Positions 24,675 through 39,927 of a stretch of 64,000 bases of DNA are shown here, piece by piece; the stretch's first letter is position 1; every line of letters begins with the position of its first letter. The position numbers were made by a program, and so were the translations under genes. Source of the stretch: Eledone cirrhosa (Eukaryota); assembly GCA_964016885.1 (NCBI GenBank), contig CAXHJY010000239.1, positions 27,349-91,348 on the forward strand. Direction: 5' to 3'. Below the pieces are notes generated by a model, which searched no databases, was not told where the DNA came from, and was given only the letters and a program-made list of their open reading frames with translations.

Positions 24675-27519
24675 CTTTCTCTCTCTCTCTATATATATAT
24701 ATATATGTATATATATAATGATGATAATTGTTTCTACGTTTGGCACAAGGCCAGCAATTACCCAGTACATTACTGGTTCTTTATTTTATTGACTCCATAA
24801 GGATGAAAGGCAAAGTTAACCTTGGCGGGATTTGAACTCAGAATGGCAAGGGCCGTAACTCTATACATCAAAGCATAGCGTCCGACCCTCTACCGATACT
24901 GCCAATCCACCATAATGATATATATATGTATATATATATATAAAGTATTTACACACAAATATAAAAGTACACGTGCACATACATACGTTCAAACATCTGC
25001 AATGTACACATATGTACTGACAAACACATACATTCTCAGATAAATACATGCATATACAAGTTAAATAGGAAGCCCTTGCATAGACACTTGGCTTGCTAGA
25101 AATAGCAGCCCAAAATCCTTTAAATCTCACTCCCCATACCATCTTAGGAAATGAAGGAGACATTAGAGAATGTAGTCCTAGGTACATTATGCCTAAATAA
25201 AAGACAGGAAAGACATAGCTGATGTGCTTCTGATCATAGGTCTACTAAATCAGAAATGTCCTGAGCTAAACGTCTTCCTATATACATATACTAAAAAATA
25301 GACAAACATACCATTATGCAAACACATTTATGTGTGTTTGCATAATGGTATATAAATCATCATCATCATCATTTAATGTCTATTTTCCATAAACAAAAAA
25401 CAATACAGGGAAATGATACAAAACAATGAAGATATATATATATTAGTTTAACGTTTGGTATAGTAGGAAAAGTTATAAAGTTTTGGACGTTGGTCCTTCA
25501 TCATATGTTAAAATAAAAGATAAAAGAAAGAAATAGAAAGATAGACAAGAGTAAGAAGAGCAAAGAAAAAACGTTTCTGGAGGTAAAGCACATATCATCA
25601 TCATCGTTGGCATCATCATTATATGTCTGTTTTCCACACTGGCTTCAGTTGAAGGAGTTGTCATGGTTGGAACAACCCCATCTTGCTCATACATTCCCTC
25701 TTTGATATGCCTACATATCTGTATACTCAATGTTGATATTTATATGTATATTTCCATAGTCTCAGTTAATACTTTGTACTGTATATGTACAGTTACATAT
25801 TTAACAAATAGTTTGGCAGTTTAGTATAAAATTATACATACATACACATACACATACATGCATGCATGCATGCATACATACATACATACACATATATACA
25901 TGCATATATACATACCATCCATATTACACTTTGTTTACAGTAACCACACAGTCCGCTTCGTTTCTTGTAATTTGTATTTACCGCGGTGACCCCCCCCCCT
26001 CCTCTACCTGTTTTGCTCAATTTGTTGTCCCACCACGCTTTCATATCGACTCTCTCCTTCTCTCTCTTCCTTTTCTCTCTCTCTTTCTCTCCCCCTCTCT
26101 CTCTATTCATCTGCTCGTTTTCCACCTGGTTTCACACATGTCGTAAACCCCTTTTGGATTATCTCCCTTCTCCGTCTGTCTCTCCTTCTCTCTGCACTCA
26201 CTTTGCTGAGATCGCACAGAAAAACCTCGCTCTGCAGTTATATTGACCACAGGACTTAAGTCCAATCGGTTCATTGTAACTTATTCTATTTTCTCCTCAG
26301 TTACTCACCTGCATGTGCCATTGTCCTGTGTCCCCCTCCATTCAGTTAGTTTACTTCGTTTTTTCCTCTTTCCTTTTTTCTCTTTCTTCCTCTCTCTTCA
26401 CTATCTTTTCTTTCCCTCAAGGCCTTTTGATTGATAAAAGGCCTTGGGCGCGCTGCTGATTGATTTCGATGTCTAGTTTTAAGTGCTGAAACATCTATAG
26501 TGCTGCAGTTAACAGCTGATGAAGGGTTTCTTCTCTTGTTTCGTCCATATTACCATCTTACACTTTACAGTAACCACACAGCCTGCTTCGTTTCTTGTAC
26601 ATATTTGTACATATATATATACATATATACATACATGCATACACATATATACGTGCATATACATATATGTTTACATGCTCACATACATACATATACATAT
26701 ATGTGCATATACATACACGCATACATACACATATATATGTGCATATGCATACATATATACTCATACACACAGACATACATGTAGGTGGTGAATAGACTTT
26801 CATTTGAATATCAGTTAGGATGCCTTGAGGTATATGTTTCGGATCTCAGCTCTCTGAGTTTAAATCTTACCACGGTCAACTTTGTCTTTTATCCATTTAA
26901 AACCGATAAATGAAGTACAAGGGATCAATTCTCTTTCTCTCTCTCTATCTCTCTTTTTTTCTCGTCTTTCCCTCCCTCTCCCCCTCTCTCTCTTTTTCTG
27001 AGAAGAAGAAGAGATTGGGGTTATCTCTGCACAAAAATAGGTTTCACCAGGGTTTTTTAAAGATGCACCAGACATGCTGTATGTCATGGCAGCAGGCTTA
27101 TGATAGATGGATGGATACACACACACATATATAAATTCATTCAAGTATACATACATACATACACATATGTATGCATGCATACATACATACATATATGGTG
27201 GCTGCCAACTCATTTCCGAGTACGGCCACTACTTTATATCCATGTAGGAGAACCCCTACCGATATGCTGAACGAGTGTGACTTTTTAGTCCAGCCAGCGA
27301 CTTGAAAACTCTGGTACAAACACTACACTTGTGACAATTATTGACACATAGTGCTGGGCCCATGGTACCATGTGACGACAAGTGCAGAGAGATCTCCAGA
27401 TATAAAGCAATGCCTGTGTCGTGAAGCTTTTATAGTGAGCAAAGGCACTGCACAAAGCCAGTCCCACTCTCTTAACCGAGATGATATTTACCAAAGAGAA
27501 GAACAAGTCAACATCATTG

Positions 27520-28640
27520 GATAATATATACATATATACATACATATATATACATACATACATAAATGCATACTTATATACATACATATACATATGCATA
27601 CATACATGCATGCATGCATACATACATACATGCATGCATGTATACATACATACTTACTTACATACATATATACGTACATATATACATGCATACATACACA
27701 TGCATCCATGCACATATACATACATACTTTGACCTACATACGTCCACATACTGGCATACACATACCACAATGTAAGCACACAGATACACACACATTATGC
27801 AAACACAAACGCACATAGCATTACAAAGCATATACACACATTGACAAAGGCATACATATACACATGCATGTGGGTGCATCAGAAGCTGTTACAGTTTGTT
27901 TTCTCATTTTTTTTCTCTGTCAGAGTGATCCACTGTCTCTTCTTCAACGAATAACAAACAGCTGTTAACACATATATACACATCTACATACACACACACA
28001 CACATATACACACATACACACACGCATAAACATACACACACATCAGGCGTACACATACACACACACATTCACACATATACACACACTTGCACATGTACAT
28101 ACACGCACATGCATACACATACACATACATCTGCATGCATACACACACATTCACTAACACACACGCACACACACACACATACCCATACACACATACACAC
28201 ACACACACATGCACATACACATACACATACACATACACACATTCACACATACACAAGCACACAAACATACATATGTATATACGCATCCATACACATGCAC
28301 ACACACACACACACACAGATACGCAAAAAACACACATGAATACACATACATACACATACACTACACACATACATGAGCACACACACACATGAGCACACAC
28401 ACACACATGCACAAATATATGTCCCTAGATGTTCACATACACAACTTTACATGTTCATATGCAAATATACATGTGTAGGTTCTCACATGCTCACACATAT
28501 CCTTACGTATACATATATGCACACATGCAGACAACACACACACCGTCCCCAGATGTACACATACACATCTCCACATATTCATACATACATACACATGCAT
28601 GAGCCCTCACAACCACACATACATCCACACACACATACAC
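27520..28640. repeat. Compound (CA)n/(CATA)n/(CATG)n microsatellite tract
   Basis: Low-complexity alternating purine-pyrimidine repeats. Similar tracts at 24340-24412, 47980-49250 and 59750-60230. Confidence 0.9.
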
Positions 28641-28830
28641 ACATAAAAGCATTCAGAACCAGAACAAAATAAATTTCTGCATGTGTTTTCAATTTAAAGA
28701 AATTATCAGGGAGATCTAAGTTTTTATCCATTCTAATATTTTCCAAGGTTCAGATGGTTCCGGAATATATTTATTTTATTTCACATAATTACCATCATTA
28801 TTGTTATTTTTATTGTTGTTGTTGTTGTTG

Positions 28831-28873
<43 letters not shown>

Positions 28874-28917
28874 TAGCAGGGAAAGCGGACATTAAAATGA
28901 GAATGATGATGATGATG

Positions 28918-28951
<34 letters not shown>

Positions 28952-30639
28952 ATGTGTGTAAATGTATCTATGTATATAAGTATATATTATATATATGTAT
29001 ATATACACACACACACAAATATTTATATAGTAGATATATATATTTCTAGAGAGGCATATGGAAAGAACAGCTATACACGTGTGAGCTTGTACACACACAC
29101 ACACACACACATGTATATATATATATAGTCCAATCCATGCCAGCATGGATAAATTATGTTAAATTATGATGATGGTGATAATATATATGTATAAATTAAG
29201 AGAGAGAGAGAGAGATAATTATGTAGATATATAGATATGCACATGTATGTATGTATGTAGTGTGTGTGTGTCTATGAGGATTTCCCCACCACCCCTTATT
29301 ACTCTAACTTACCTTAATGATGATGATCTTGAAAGGTATGAAAATATAGAGATTTCATCTATTTTTCAGATCTCTTATCTATATCTCCTCTGTGCTCCCC
29401 TTTCGCTACTTAAAAGACATTGCACCAAAGCAGTCAGCCCTCTTTATACACATTTCATTATGGAATTAGTTGAACAAAGACACCATAATTTAAAACAGAA
29501 ATCTGTTATTGTCTTCATTTCAGTTTATTCTGTTTATGTTATCTTAAGAGATACTTTATAAAATAATGTTAGCTTTACTCTGAAAACATTTCTTTTCTTT
29601 GTTTATTTCTTTTGTCTTTTTTTCTTTATAAAATGTTAGCGTTAGCCAGGCCAAGTTCCTCTGATGTGGGGCCTATAACTTTCATCTTAACCAAGCCATA
29701 GGATAAACTTATGGTATATAAAAAAAGTAAATGGATCTCTGTCAGTCTCAATGATGAATATTGTAGCTCCATCAACTGAACTACCTATTTATTGTATTAA
29801 CATCCAAGTGGTTGAGTATTCCAAGACACGTATACCCATAACGTAATTCTCAAGTAGGAATTATTGCGGGACAAGATTGGAATTTGAATTAGATGCCAAT
29901 TATGCAATGTAGTAGTAGTCACTGCAGAGTAATATAGAAACTGTGTGTTGTGATAGCTACAGCCTGACAATGTCCTTCTCCTTCATACCAGTAATTGGAG
30001 CAGGTTGATTTTTGTTTAACTGAGAAGGCCAAGGTAGGCTTTTAAAGGACGTGTTTGATTTTAATTTGTAGCTGGTGTGGTATGGTATGATGGGTAGGGT
30101 TCATTGTAGGATTATGATTTGTGTTTACTTGAGTTCATGGAGAGCATGGGTTTGGTTTAGATTTGTTTATGTTCTAGTTAAGGTATATATGGTTTTAGTT
30201 TTATATATGTGTATAATGTATCTGCACAGTTTCCATATATCCAATTTTATCCACAATGTTTGGATCAACTTAAGACTATGGTAGAAGACACTTGCCTATG
30301 TCATCATGAAATGAAATTAATGTGAGACTTCATGAGTGCTGCAGCTACATTTTGTGAAGTTAGTGATTTAGTGAGGCAATTAACTCAAACTAATTATCTT
30401 CAGACACGGATTGAAAGAAAGGAGACAGATTTGTCTGCAACACATATATTAATAAGGATTTCAAATTTATGCACGAAACAAGAAAATAGGGAAAGGGCAA
30501 TGTTGATTAAATTAAGCCCAGTACTTGATTAATACTTTATTTTATTGACCCCCAGAAGGATGAAAAGCAAAAGTAACCTTTGGCAAGATTCAAACTCAGT
30601 ATGTAAAGAGCCAGATCAAATACTGATTAAGCATTGGAC

Positions 30640-30846
30640 CAGTGGTTCTCAACGTTTTTTGCCAATGGCACACCTTGGAACACATCAAAAGATAGCGACA
30701 CACCTGGCTAAATATATATGAAAAATAATATTTTTCATATATATTTATTAACTGTTTCATATATAATATTTTTGTTCTTAGTGTGCCGTTCAAAATTTTG
30801 CGGCACACCTAGGAAGATCTCGCGGCACACTGGTTGAGAATCACTG
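30640..30846. mobile_element. hAT (Charlie-like) MITE
   Basis: TIRs CAGTGGTTCTCAAC / GTTGAGAATCACTG, 8-bp TSD CATTGGAC / CAATGGAC, and subterminal GGCACAC repeats. Sits at the end of a minus-strand SINE (30450-30630). Confidence 0.85.
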
Positions 30847-31089
30847 CAATGGACAAATGCATGAATAGAAAGAACTCATGAAAATGTAGGAAAATATTAC
30901 ACAACAGGATGAAATACCATAACTCAGATTACATTACTGCTGATTAACTACAACCTTCCCTCACAATTGAGTAGAACTTGGTAGTATCTAACATGCATTC
31001 GATAAAGATTGTAAGTACCCATGAGTTGCAAGAAGACATAGATGCCATCTCGTCTCACCAAATATTGATCTTGTAGAACATCCAGGATG

Positions 31090-34000
31090 TGATATTGTTG
31101 ATACAATATTGTTATGACATTGTTGGTATGACATAGTTACTGTGACATTTTTATGACATTGTTGGTATGACATTGTTGATATGACATTGTTGGTATGACA
31201 TTGTTACTGTGACATTGTTGTTATGACATTGTTGGTATGACATTGTTGAGATGACATTGTTGGTATGGCATTGTTGTTATGACATTGTTGGTATGACATT
31301 GTTCATATGACATTGTTGGTATGACATTGTTGGTATCACATTTGTTGTATGACATTGTTGGTATGACATTGTTACTGTGACATTGTTATGACATTGTTGG
31401 TATGACATTGTTGAGATGACATTATGGTATGGCATTGTTATGACATTGTTGGTATGACATTGTTGGTATGACATTGTTGAGATGACATTGTTGGTATGAC
31501 ATTGTTGAGATGACATTGTTGGTATGACATTGTTGAGATGACATTGTTAATGTGACATTGTTGGTATGACACTGTTAGTATGACATTGTTGGCATGACAT
31601 TGTTGGTATGACATTGTTGGTATGACATTGTTGGTATGACATTGTTGGTATGACATTGTTGGTATGACATTGTTGTTATGACATTGTTGGTATGACATTG
31701 TTGAGATGACATTGTTGGTATGACATTGTTGAGATGACATTGTTAATGTGACATTGTTGGTATGACACTGTTAGTATGACATTGTTGGCATGACATTGTT
31801 GGTATGACATTGTTGGTATGACATTGTTGTTATGACATTGTTGGTATGACATTGTTGGTATGACATTGTTGGTATGACATTGTTGGTATGACATTGTTGG
31901 TATGACATTGTTGGTATGACATTGTTAATGTGACATTGTTGGTATGACACTGTTAGTATGACATTGTTGGCATGACATTGTTGGCATGACATTGTTGGTA
32001 TGACATTGTTGGTATGACATTGTTGGTATGACATTGTTGGTATGACATTGTTGGTATGACATTGTTGAGATGACATTGTTGGTATGACATTGTTGAGATG
32101 ACATTGTTAATGTGACATTGTTGGTATGACACTGTTAGTATGACATTGTTGGCATGACATTGTTGGCATGACATTGTTGGTATGACATTGTTGGTATGAC
32201 ATTGTTGGTATGACATTGTTGTTATGACATTGTTGAGATGACATTGTTGAGATGACATTGTTGAGATGACATTGTTGGTATGACATTGTTGGTATGACAT
32301 TGTTGTTATGACATTGTTGGTATGACATTGTTGTATGACATTCTTGTATGACATTGTTGGTATGACATTGTTCATATGACATTGTTTATATGACATTGTT
32401 GGTATGACATTGTTCATATGACATTGTTTATATGACATTGTTGGTATGACATTGTTGGTATGACATTGTTGAGATGACATTGTTGAGATGACATTGTTGA
32501 GATGACATTGTTAATGTGACATTGTTGGTATGACACTGTTAGTATGACATCGTTGGCATGACATTGTTGGTATGACATTGTTGGTATGACATTGTTGGTA
32601 TGACATTGTTGGTATGACATTGTTGTATGACATTCTTGTATGACATTGTTGGTATGACATTGTTCATATGACATTGTTTATATGACATTGTTGGTATGAC
32701 ATTGTTCATATGACATTGTTTATATGACATTGTTGGTATGACATTGTTGGTATGACATTGTTGGTATGACACTGTTATGACACTGTTGTTATGATATTGT
32801 TAGTATGATATTGTTGATATGGCATTGTTGATATGACATTGTTTGTATGACATTGTTACTGTGACATTGTTGGTATGACATTGTTGGTATGACATTGTTA
32901 CTGTGACATTGTTGAGATGACATTGTTGATATGACATTGTTGGTATGACATTGTTGGTATGACATTGTTGGTATGACCTTGTTCTTATGACATTGCTAGT
33001 ATGACATTGTTGGTATGACATTGTTGGCATGACATTGTTGGTATGACATTGTTGGTATGACATTGTTGGTATGACACTGTTAGTATGACATTGTTGGCAT
33101 GACATTGTTGGCATGACATTGTTGGTATGACATTGTTGGTATGACATTGTTGGTATGACATTGTTGGTATGACATTGTTGGCATGACATTGTTGGTATGA
33201 CATTGTTGGTATGACATTGTTGGTATGACCTTGTTCTTATGACATTGCTAGTATGACATTGTTGGTATGACATTGTTGGCATGACATTGTTGGTATGACA
33301 TTGTTGGTATGACATTGTTGGTATGACATTGTTGATATGACATTGTTGTTATGACATTGTTGGTATGACATTGTTGGTATGACATTGTTGTTATGACATT
33401 GTTGGGATGACATTGTTGGTATGACATTGTTGGTATGACATTGTTGGTATGACATTGTTGGTATGACATTGTTGGTATGACATTGTTGGTATGACATTGT
33501 TGATATGACATTGTTGGTATGACATTGTTGGTATGACATTGTTGGCATGACATTGTTGGTATGACATTGTTGGTATGACATTGTTGTTATGACATTGTTG
33601 GTATGACATTGTTGGTATGACATTGTTGATATGACATTGTTGATATGACATTGTTGGTATGACATTGTTGATATGACATTGTTGGTATGACATTGTTGGT
33701 ATGACATTGTTGTTATGACATTGTTGGTATGACATTGTTGGTATGACATTGTTGGCATGACATTGTTGGCATGACATTGTTGGCATGACATTGTTGGTAT
33801 GACATTGTTGGTATGACATTGTTGGTATGACATTGTTGGTATGACATTGTTGATATGACATTGTTGATATGACATTGTTGGTATGACATTGTTGGTATGA
33901 CATTGTTGGTATGACATTGTTGGCATGACATTGTTGGCATGACATTGTTGGTATGACATTGTTGGTATGACATTGTTGGTATGACCTTGTTCTTATGACA

Positions 34001-36130
34001 TTGCTAGTATGACATTGTTGGTATGACATTGTTGGCATGACATTGTTGGTATGGCATTGTTGATATGACATTGTTGGTATGACATTGTTGGTATGACATT
34101 GTTGGTATGACATTATTGGTATGACATTGTTGGTATGACATTGTTGATATGACATTGTTGATATGACATTGTTGGTGTGACATTGTTACTGTGACATTGT
34201 TGTTATGACATTGTTGGTATGACATTGTTGGTATGACATTGTTACTGCGACATTGTTACAGTGACATTGTTGTTATGACATTGTTGGTATGACATTGTTG
34301 GTATGACATTGTTGGTATGACATTGTTGGTTTGACATTGTTGGTATGAGAAGGTTGGTATGACATTGTTGGTATGACAATGTTACTGTGACATTGTTGGT
34401 ATGACATTGTTAGTATGACACTGTTCATATGACATTATTCATATGACATTATTGGTATGACATTGTTGGTATGATATTATGACATTGTTGTTATGACATT
34501 CTTGTTATGACATTGTTGTTATGACATTGTTAATGTGACATTGTTGGTATGACATTGGTGGTATGACATTGTTATGACATTGTTGGTATGACATTGTTGG
34601 TATGACATTGTTGGTATGACATTGTTGATATGACATTGTTGATATGACATTGTTGGTATGACATTGTTGGTATGACATTGTTGGCATGACATTGTTGGCA
34701 TGACATTGTTGGCATGACATTGTTGGTATGACATTGTTGGTATGACCTTGTTCTTATGACATTGCTAGTATGACATTGTTGGTATGACATTGTTGGCATG
34801 ACATTGTTGGTATGACATTGTTGATATGACATTGTTGGTATGACATTGTTGGTATGACATTATTGGTATGACATTGTTGATATGACATTGTTGATATGAC
34901 ATTGTTGGTATGACATTGTTACTGTGACATTGTTGTTATGACATTGTTGGTATGACATTGTTGGTATGACATTGTTGATATGACATTGTTGGTATGACAT
35001 TGTTACTGTGACATTGTTACTGTGACATTGTTGTTATGACATTGTTGGTATGACATTGTTGGTATGACATTGTTACTGTGACATTGTTATGACATTGTTG
35101 GTATGACATTGTTGGTATGACATTGTTGGTTTGACATTGTTGATTTGACATTGTTGGTATGAGAAGGTTGGTATGACATTGTTGGTATGACATTGTTACT
35201 GTGACATTGTTGGTATGACATTGTTAGTATGACACTGTTCATATGACATTATTCATATGACATTATTGGTATGACATTGTTGGTATGACATTGTTGGTAT
35301 GACATTGTTGGTATGACATTGTTGGTATGATATTATGACATTGTTGTTATGACATTGTTGTTATGACATTGTTATGACATTGTTGTTATGACATTGTTGT
35401 TATGACATTGTTAATGTGACATTGTTGGTATGACATTGGTGGTATGACATTGTTATGACATTGTTGGTATCACATTGTTAGTATGACATTGTTAGTATGA
35501 CATTGTTGGTATGACATTGTTAATGTGACATTGTTGGTATGACATTGTTGGTATGACATTGTTGGTATGACATTGTTGGTATGACATTGGTAGTATGACA
35601 TTGTTCGTATGACATTGTTGGTATGACATTGTTGGTATGACCTTGTTCTTATGACATTGCTAGTATGACATTGTTGGTATGACATTGTTGGTATGACATT
35701 ATTAATGTGATATTGTTGGTATGACATTGTTGGTATGACATTGTTCTTATGACATTGGTAGTATGACATTGTTCGTATGACATTGTTGGTATGACATTGT
35801 TGGTATAACCTTGTTCTTATGACATTGCTAGTATGACATTGTTAGTATGACATTGTTGGTATGACATTGTTGGTATAACATTATTAATGTGACATTGTTG
35901 GTATGACATTGTTCTTATGACATTGTTGGTATGACATTGTTGGTATAACCTTGTTCTTATGACATTGCTAGTATGACATTGTTGGTATGACATTGTTGGT
36001 ATGACATTGTTGGTATAACATTATTAATGTGACATTGTTGGTATGACATTGTTCTTATGACATTGCTAGTATGGCATTGTTGGTATGACATTGTTGATAT
36101 GATATTGTTGGTATGATATTGTTGGTGTGA
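31090..36130. repeat. ~5-kb tandem satellite, 14-bp unit ATGACATTGTTGGT (~360 units by length/14)
   Basis: Continuous array with recurrent variants (GAG, GGC, GAT, TAATG, CCTTGTTCTT). Explains the spurious MSYQQCHTNNVIPT ORFs. Confidence 0.98.
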
Positions 36131-37056
36131 AGTATTAGCAATATGGTGCCTAGTCTCATCGTGTCATCTTTTTTTATGATCTGATGTTTGTTAACTTGAA
36201 CTCAGACCTGCTGGGCTAGAACAGATACCACAAGGTATACTGTCTGTTGCTTTAACAATTGTTCGAAGTTACCCCTCTGGACAATCTTAATGGCCTCTGA
36301 AAGGTACTTTGGTGGGATTTGTATTTAGAATGAAAAGTACTGGAATAAATATTGGAAGGTATTTAATCTGTTGCTCTAATGACTCTGAAACTTTGCTTTT
36401 AGTTATTGTTGCTATTGTTTAGTCTTAGGTCAACCTTAATTAAGCAAATGAATGACCAAAAGCTTTGCAGCAATGACCATTCCATCTTTTTAGGGAACTA
36501 CATTAAATAATTTCCTAGTTTAAGAAGGCTAGGGTTTGATTTGAGTAGGATTTGACTGCTACTTCTAGCAGGTTGTGCAAGTATATAAATGTTCCCTTCT
36601 TGGTTTGCAGACTGTTTAGTTGTAATAGATGCTTACAAAGTCTATAAAACTACAATAAATCTCTGTCAATTATATCTCAATTATATATTGGAGAATGTGT
36701 GTATTATCAATCGTCTATCTTTCTCTGACTAACACTTTATTGTCTCTGATTTATTATCATTTTATAGTCATTTCCGAACTTCAGTATTGATTTCTTGTAT
36801 GGGTATGAAGCTGCAGATTTATAAAGGAAAAGAAATAAGCTTGTGTAACATACATACCTTTCTCAATAACACTGATATAGTAAAAAAAAAAAACCCCTTA
36901 ACTCCTGATGAAGCTGCTGGGGCACTGTAATGACACACACTGTGTCTTGAGCACTCTAAACCTGGCAGAGCCTATCCCTCTCCAGGTTGGAACATAGCTA
37001 ATTTCTTCTAAAGAATGGGAGAGAGCAATAGAGAGGAAGAGAATTTAATAAAAATA

Positions 37057-37497
37057 CAGAAGACCTGCCTTGCCTATGTACAAAGTGAAACCTACAGTCA
37101 GTAGGCACCTCTTAACCAAATATACACCCCAATTCACTACCCCTACTACCCTATCCTCCCACTTTCACCAACACCACCATCTCTCTGTAAAGTTGGTACC
37201 ACAACTTCCAGTCCAAATAAATGAGATAATGAGATTGAGATCGTGTAGGTGTCACGACAAAAAAAAACACACAGTCCACGCTGTAATGTGGCCGTGTACA
37301 TAACACGGTAAAAAGTTCCCAGTTCCACACTGTAAATGTGGTTGGTGTTAGGAAGAGCATCCAGCCGTAGAAAACCTGCCAGATAGTCCTATATGAGCGA
37401 GACACAGTCACCCGACCAACCTTGCCTCAAGTGGGACAACTCCCGTCTTACCCATGCTAGCGTGGAAGATGGACGTTAAATGAAGATGATGATGATA
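37057..37497 (+). mobile_element. Older 5'-truncated copy (3' UTR only) of the PHD-RTE family
   Basis: GAAGACCTGCCTTGCC...GAGATCGTGTAGGTGTCACGACAAAAAAAAACACACAGTCCACGCTGTAATGTGGCCGTG...(GAT)n matches 6700-7117. Confidence 0.85.
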
Positions 37498-39474
37498 TGA
37501 TGAAATAGCAGAAAATCGACCCCACTACTTTTTTATTAATCTTGAAAGGATGAAAAGTACAGTTTTACATGTGTACTGAGAGCTTTTATTTGTGGCACCA
37601 GCACTGCTACCTTACAATGTTGATTAGATGCTTTGTGTTGCGGCACTAGCACAGGGTTGACTGGGTATTTTTTGTTGTAGCACCAGCAAGATCACTTTAC
37701 AGGGTTAACTTGGTGCTTTTTGTTGTGGTACCAGGATGAGGACCTTATAGAGTGGACCTGGGTGCTTTTTGTCATGGCACTAGCACTACCACTTTACAGG
37801 GTGCCTAGTTTAGTTGGTACAAGAAAATGACATTACAAATAACTTATTAACTAATATAAAGATATTGTGTGCATAGACAATTAAATGAGAACGAACTGAA
37901 ATTCCAAGTACAATATCTAAAACATCAGACACCTGAATATGGCCAGCTGGCACAACAACCAAACATTTGTGACTATAATAACTAAATTCAGTACACCAGT
38001 CCAAATAAAGCAGCTTATAATATTGATTTCTGATTTAGGCACAATGCCAGCAAATTTAGGGGAAGGGCAAAGTTGATTAAATCAACCCCAGTACTTGACT
38101 GGTACTTTATTTTATCAACCTGAGGAGGAGGAAAAGCAAAGTTGAGCTCAGCGGGATTTGAATTCTGAACACAAAGTGCCAAAACTAAATACCAAAAGGC
38201 ATTTTGTTCGAGGCTCTATCAATTCTGCCAATCCAATCCCCTTGAATCAGTTTATAATAATGGGCTATAAGCTAAGCTGCCTTGGAAAAGACTACCTATT
38301 CTCTACAGCATTTGTCACATCTGGACTTGGATATTATTATGACTGGAATGGTAAAGGATTGGCAGAATTGGTGGGGCATCAGACAAAGTACTCTGTGGTA
38401 TTTATTTTGAGTCTTTATGTTTTCTGAATTCAATCAAATCCTGCTGAGTCAACTTTACCTTCCAGGATCAATAAAATCAAGTACCAGTCAAGTACTGGGA
38501 TTGATATAATTGACTTTTGTTTCCAGTAAATTGTTGGTCTTGTGCCAAATTTCGAAATCATTATGATAGCAGTGGTAAAGAAGGGGATGAGAGATAACTC
38601 TTAGTAATAACTTTCACCATCATTACTGTTGCTCTTTAAGTATTCTTGCTGTTTTTTCTTTAACCCCAGGTCAACCTAGATCAAACAGATTTATGATCAA
38701 AGGTGTTCGAATTATGATCACCCAGCTACTTTATATTAATTATAGTGTACCAAAGTCTATATTATCTAATGTATTTCTTCTTTTTTAACACAGTAGGATG
38801 CATTTTAAGAAATATTTAGCTACTATTTCTTGCAGGTTTTCAAGGCTCCTTTGTTGCCTCATAAACCTTCTGGTTAATCATTAGAGTGTTACACCAAAAC
38901 TTCACAATAGCCATCATGTGTTACATTACCAGTGTTTGGGATTGGCAGTATCATATGGGATGGTCCCAGTAAGTCAGTTATTTAACCCCTTGTCACCTTG
39001 ACTGAGCAGAGCTATGATCAAAGACATTCGAGCTGTGATCACCTATTATTTTTGCATATCTGAGACAAATTTACCCCATGTGTTTTCCCATTTTTAAAGA
39101 CAACAGGGGAAGATGATTTGGCAGCCATTTCTAGAATGCCATGTGACTCTAGAGGCTCTTTTGTTGGCTCAACTTGATCTCGTGTTATTTAACAAGGAGT
39201 CATATTTTATTATTGTTATTGTGTGTGTGTGCATATATTTAAAGTGTCATATGACAAAAGATGGGACATTCAATATTATGAAAATAGAGGTAGGTATTTC
39301 ATATTTACACTGCAGAGGCTACTGAATAATAAAGCTATGTCTAACAATTTTAAGCTCAGTGTCTTAACGATAATTATAATTATGTCTGTATTGTTTTATC
39401 TCAACCTTAATGCATTACATTTGAGTTTATCTGAAACTTTAAGTAACATGTTTTGACAAAATTCTACAATATAT

Positions 39475-39927
39475 ATCATCATCATCATCATCATCATCAC
39501 CGTTTTATGTCCGTTCTTCCATGCTAGCATGGGTTAGACGGGTTGTCCTGTTGTAAGCAGTGTCCGGTCGGCTGACCTTGTCTTGCTCATACAGGAACTG
39601 ATCTGGCTTGATTTTTACAGCTGGATGCCCTTCCTAACACCAACCTCATTTACAGTGAGTGATGGGTGCTTTTATCCCGTGGCGCCTACACATCCACTTT
39701 ACAGTGTGGGCTGGGTGCTTTTTTGCCGTGGCACCTCTATGACCACTTTGCAGTGGAATGATAGGGACCCCAGTCCTATCATCTCATTTCTACAGCTGAG
39801 TAAACTGGAGCAATGTGAAATAAAGTGTCTTGCTCAAGGAAACAACACATCACCTAGTCCGAGAATTGGACTCACAAACTTTCGATTGCAAGCCCAATGC
39901 TCTAACCACTAAGCCATGTGCCTTCAT
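39475..39927 (-). mobile_element. Full-length composite SINE: tRNA head, CORE/V-like central domain, RTE 3' tail
   Basis: Minus strand reads GGCACATGGCTTAGTGGTTAGAGC (A-box), GAGTCCAATTC (B-box-like), CCTTGAGCAAGACACTTTATTTCACATTGCTCCAG..CTCAGCTG, two ~50-bp hairpin units, then the RTE-like tail and (GAT)n. Confidence 0.8.

Noticed and set aside
25470-25510. Minus-strand hammerhead-like relic ATGATGA-AGGAC(CAAC)GTCC-AAAA-CTTT
   Set aside because: Both core boxes are mutated and stem I has only ~2 bp. Possibly a dead copy, but not supportable.
24259-29146. HT/CV/YI-rich ORFs
   Set aside because: (CA)n/(CATA)n microsatellite translations.
31277-35769. Many minus-strand ORFs with MSYQQCHTNNVIPT repeats; possible CRISPR-like array
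   Set aside because: Translation of a 14-bp tandem satellite in all frames. There are no unique spacers and no cas genes.
36905-36911. CTGATGA (also at 42710)
   Set aside because: Lies within SINE sequence with no matching GAAA or stems.
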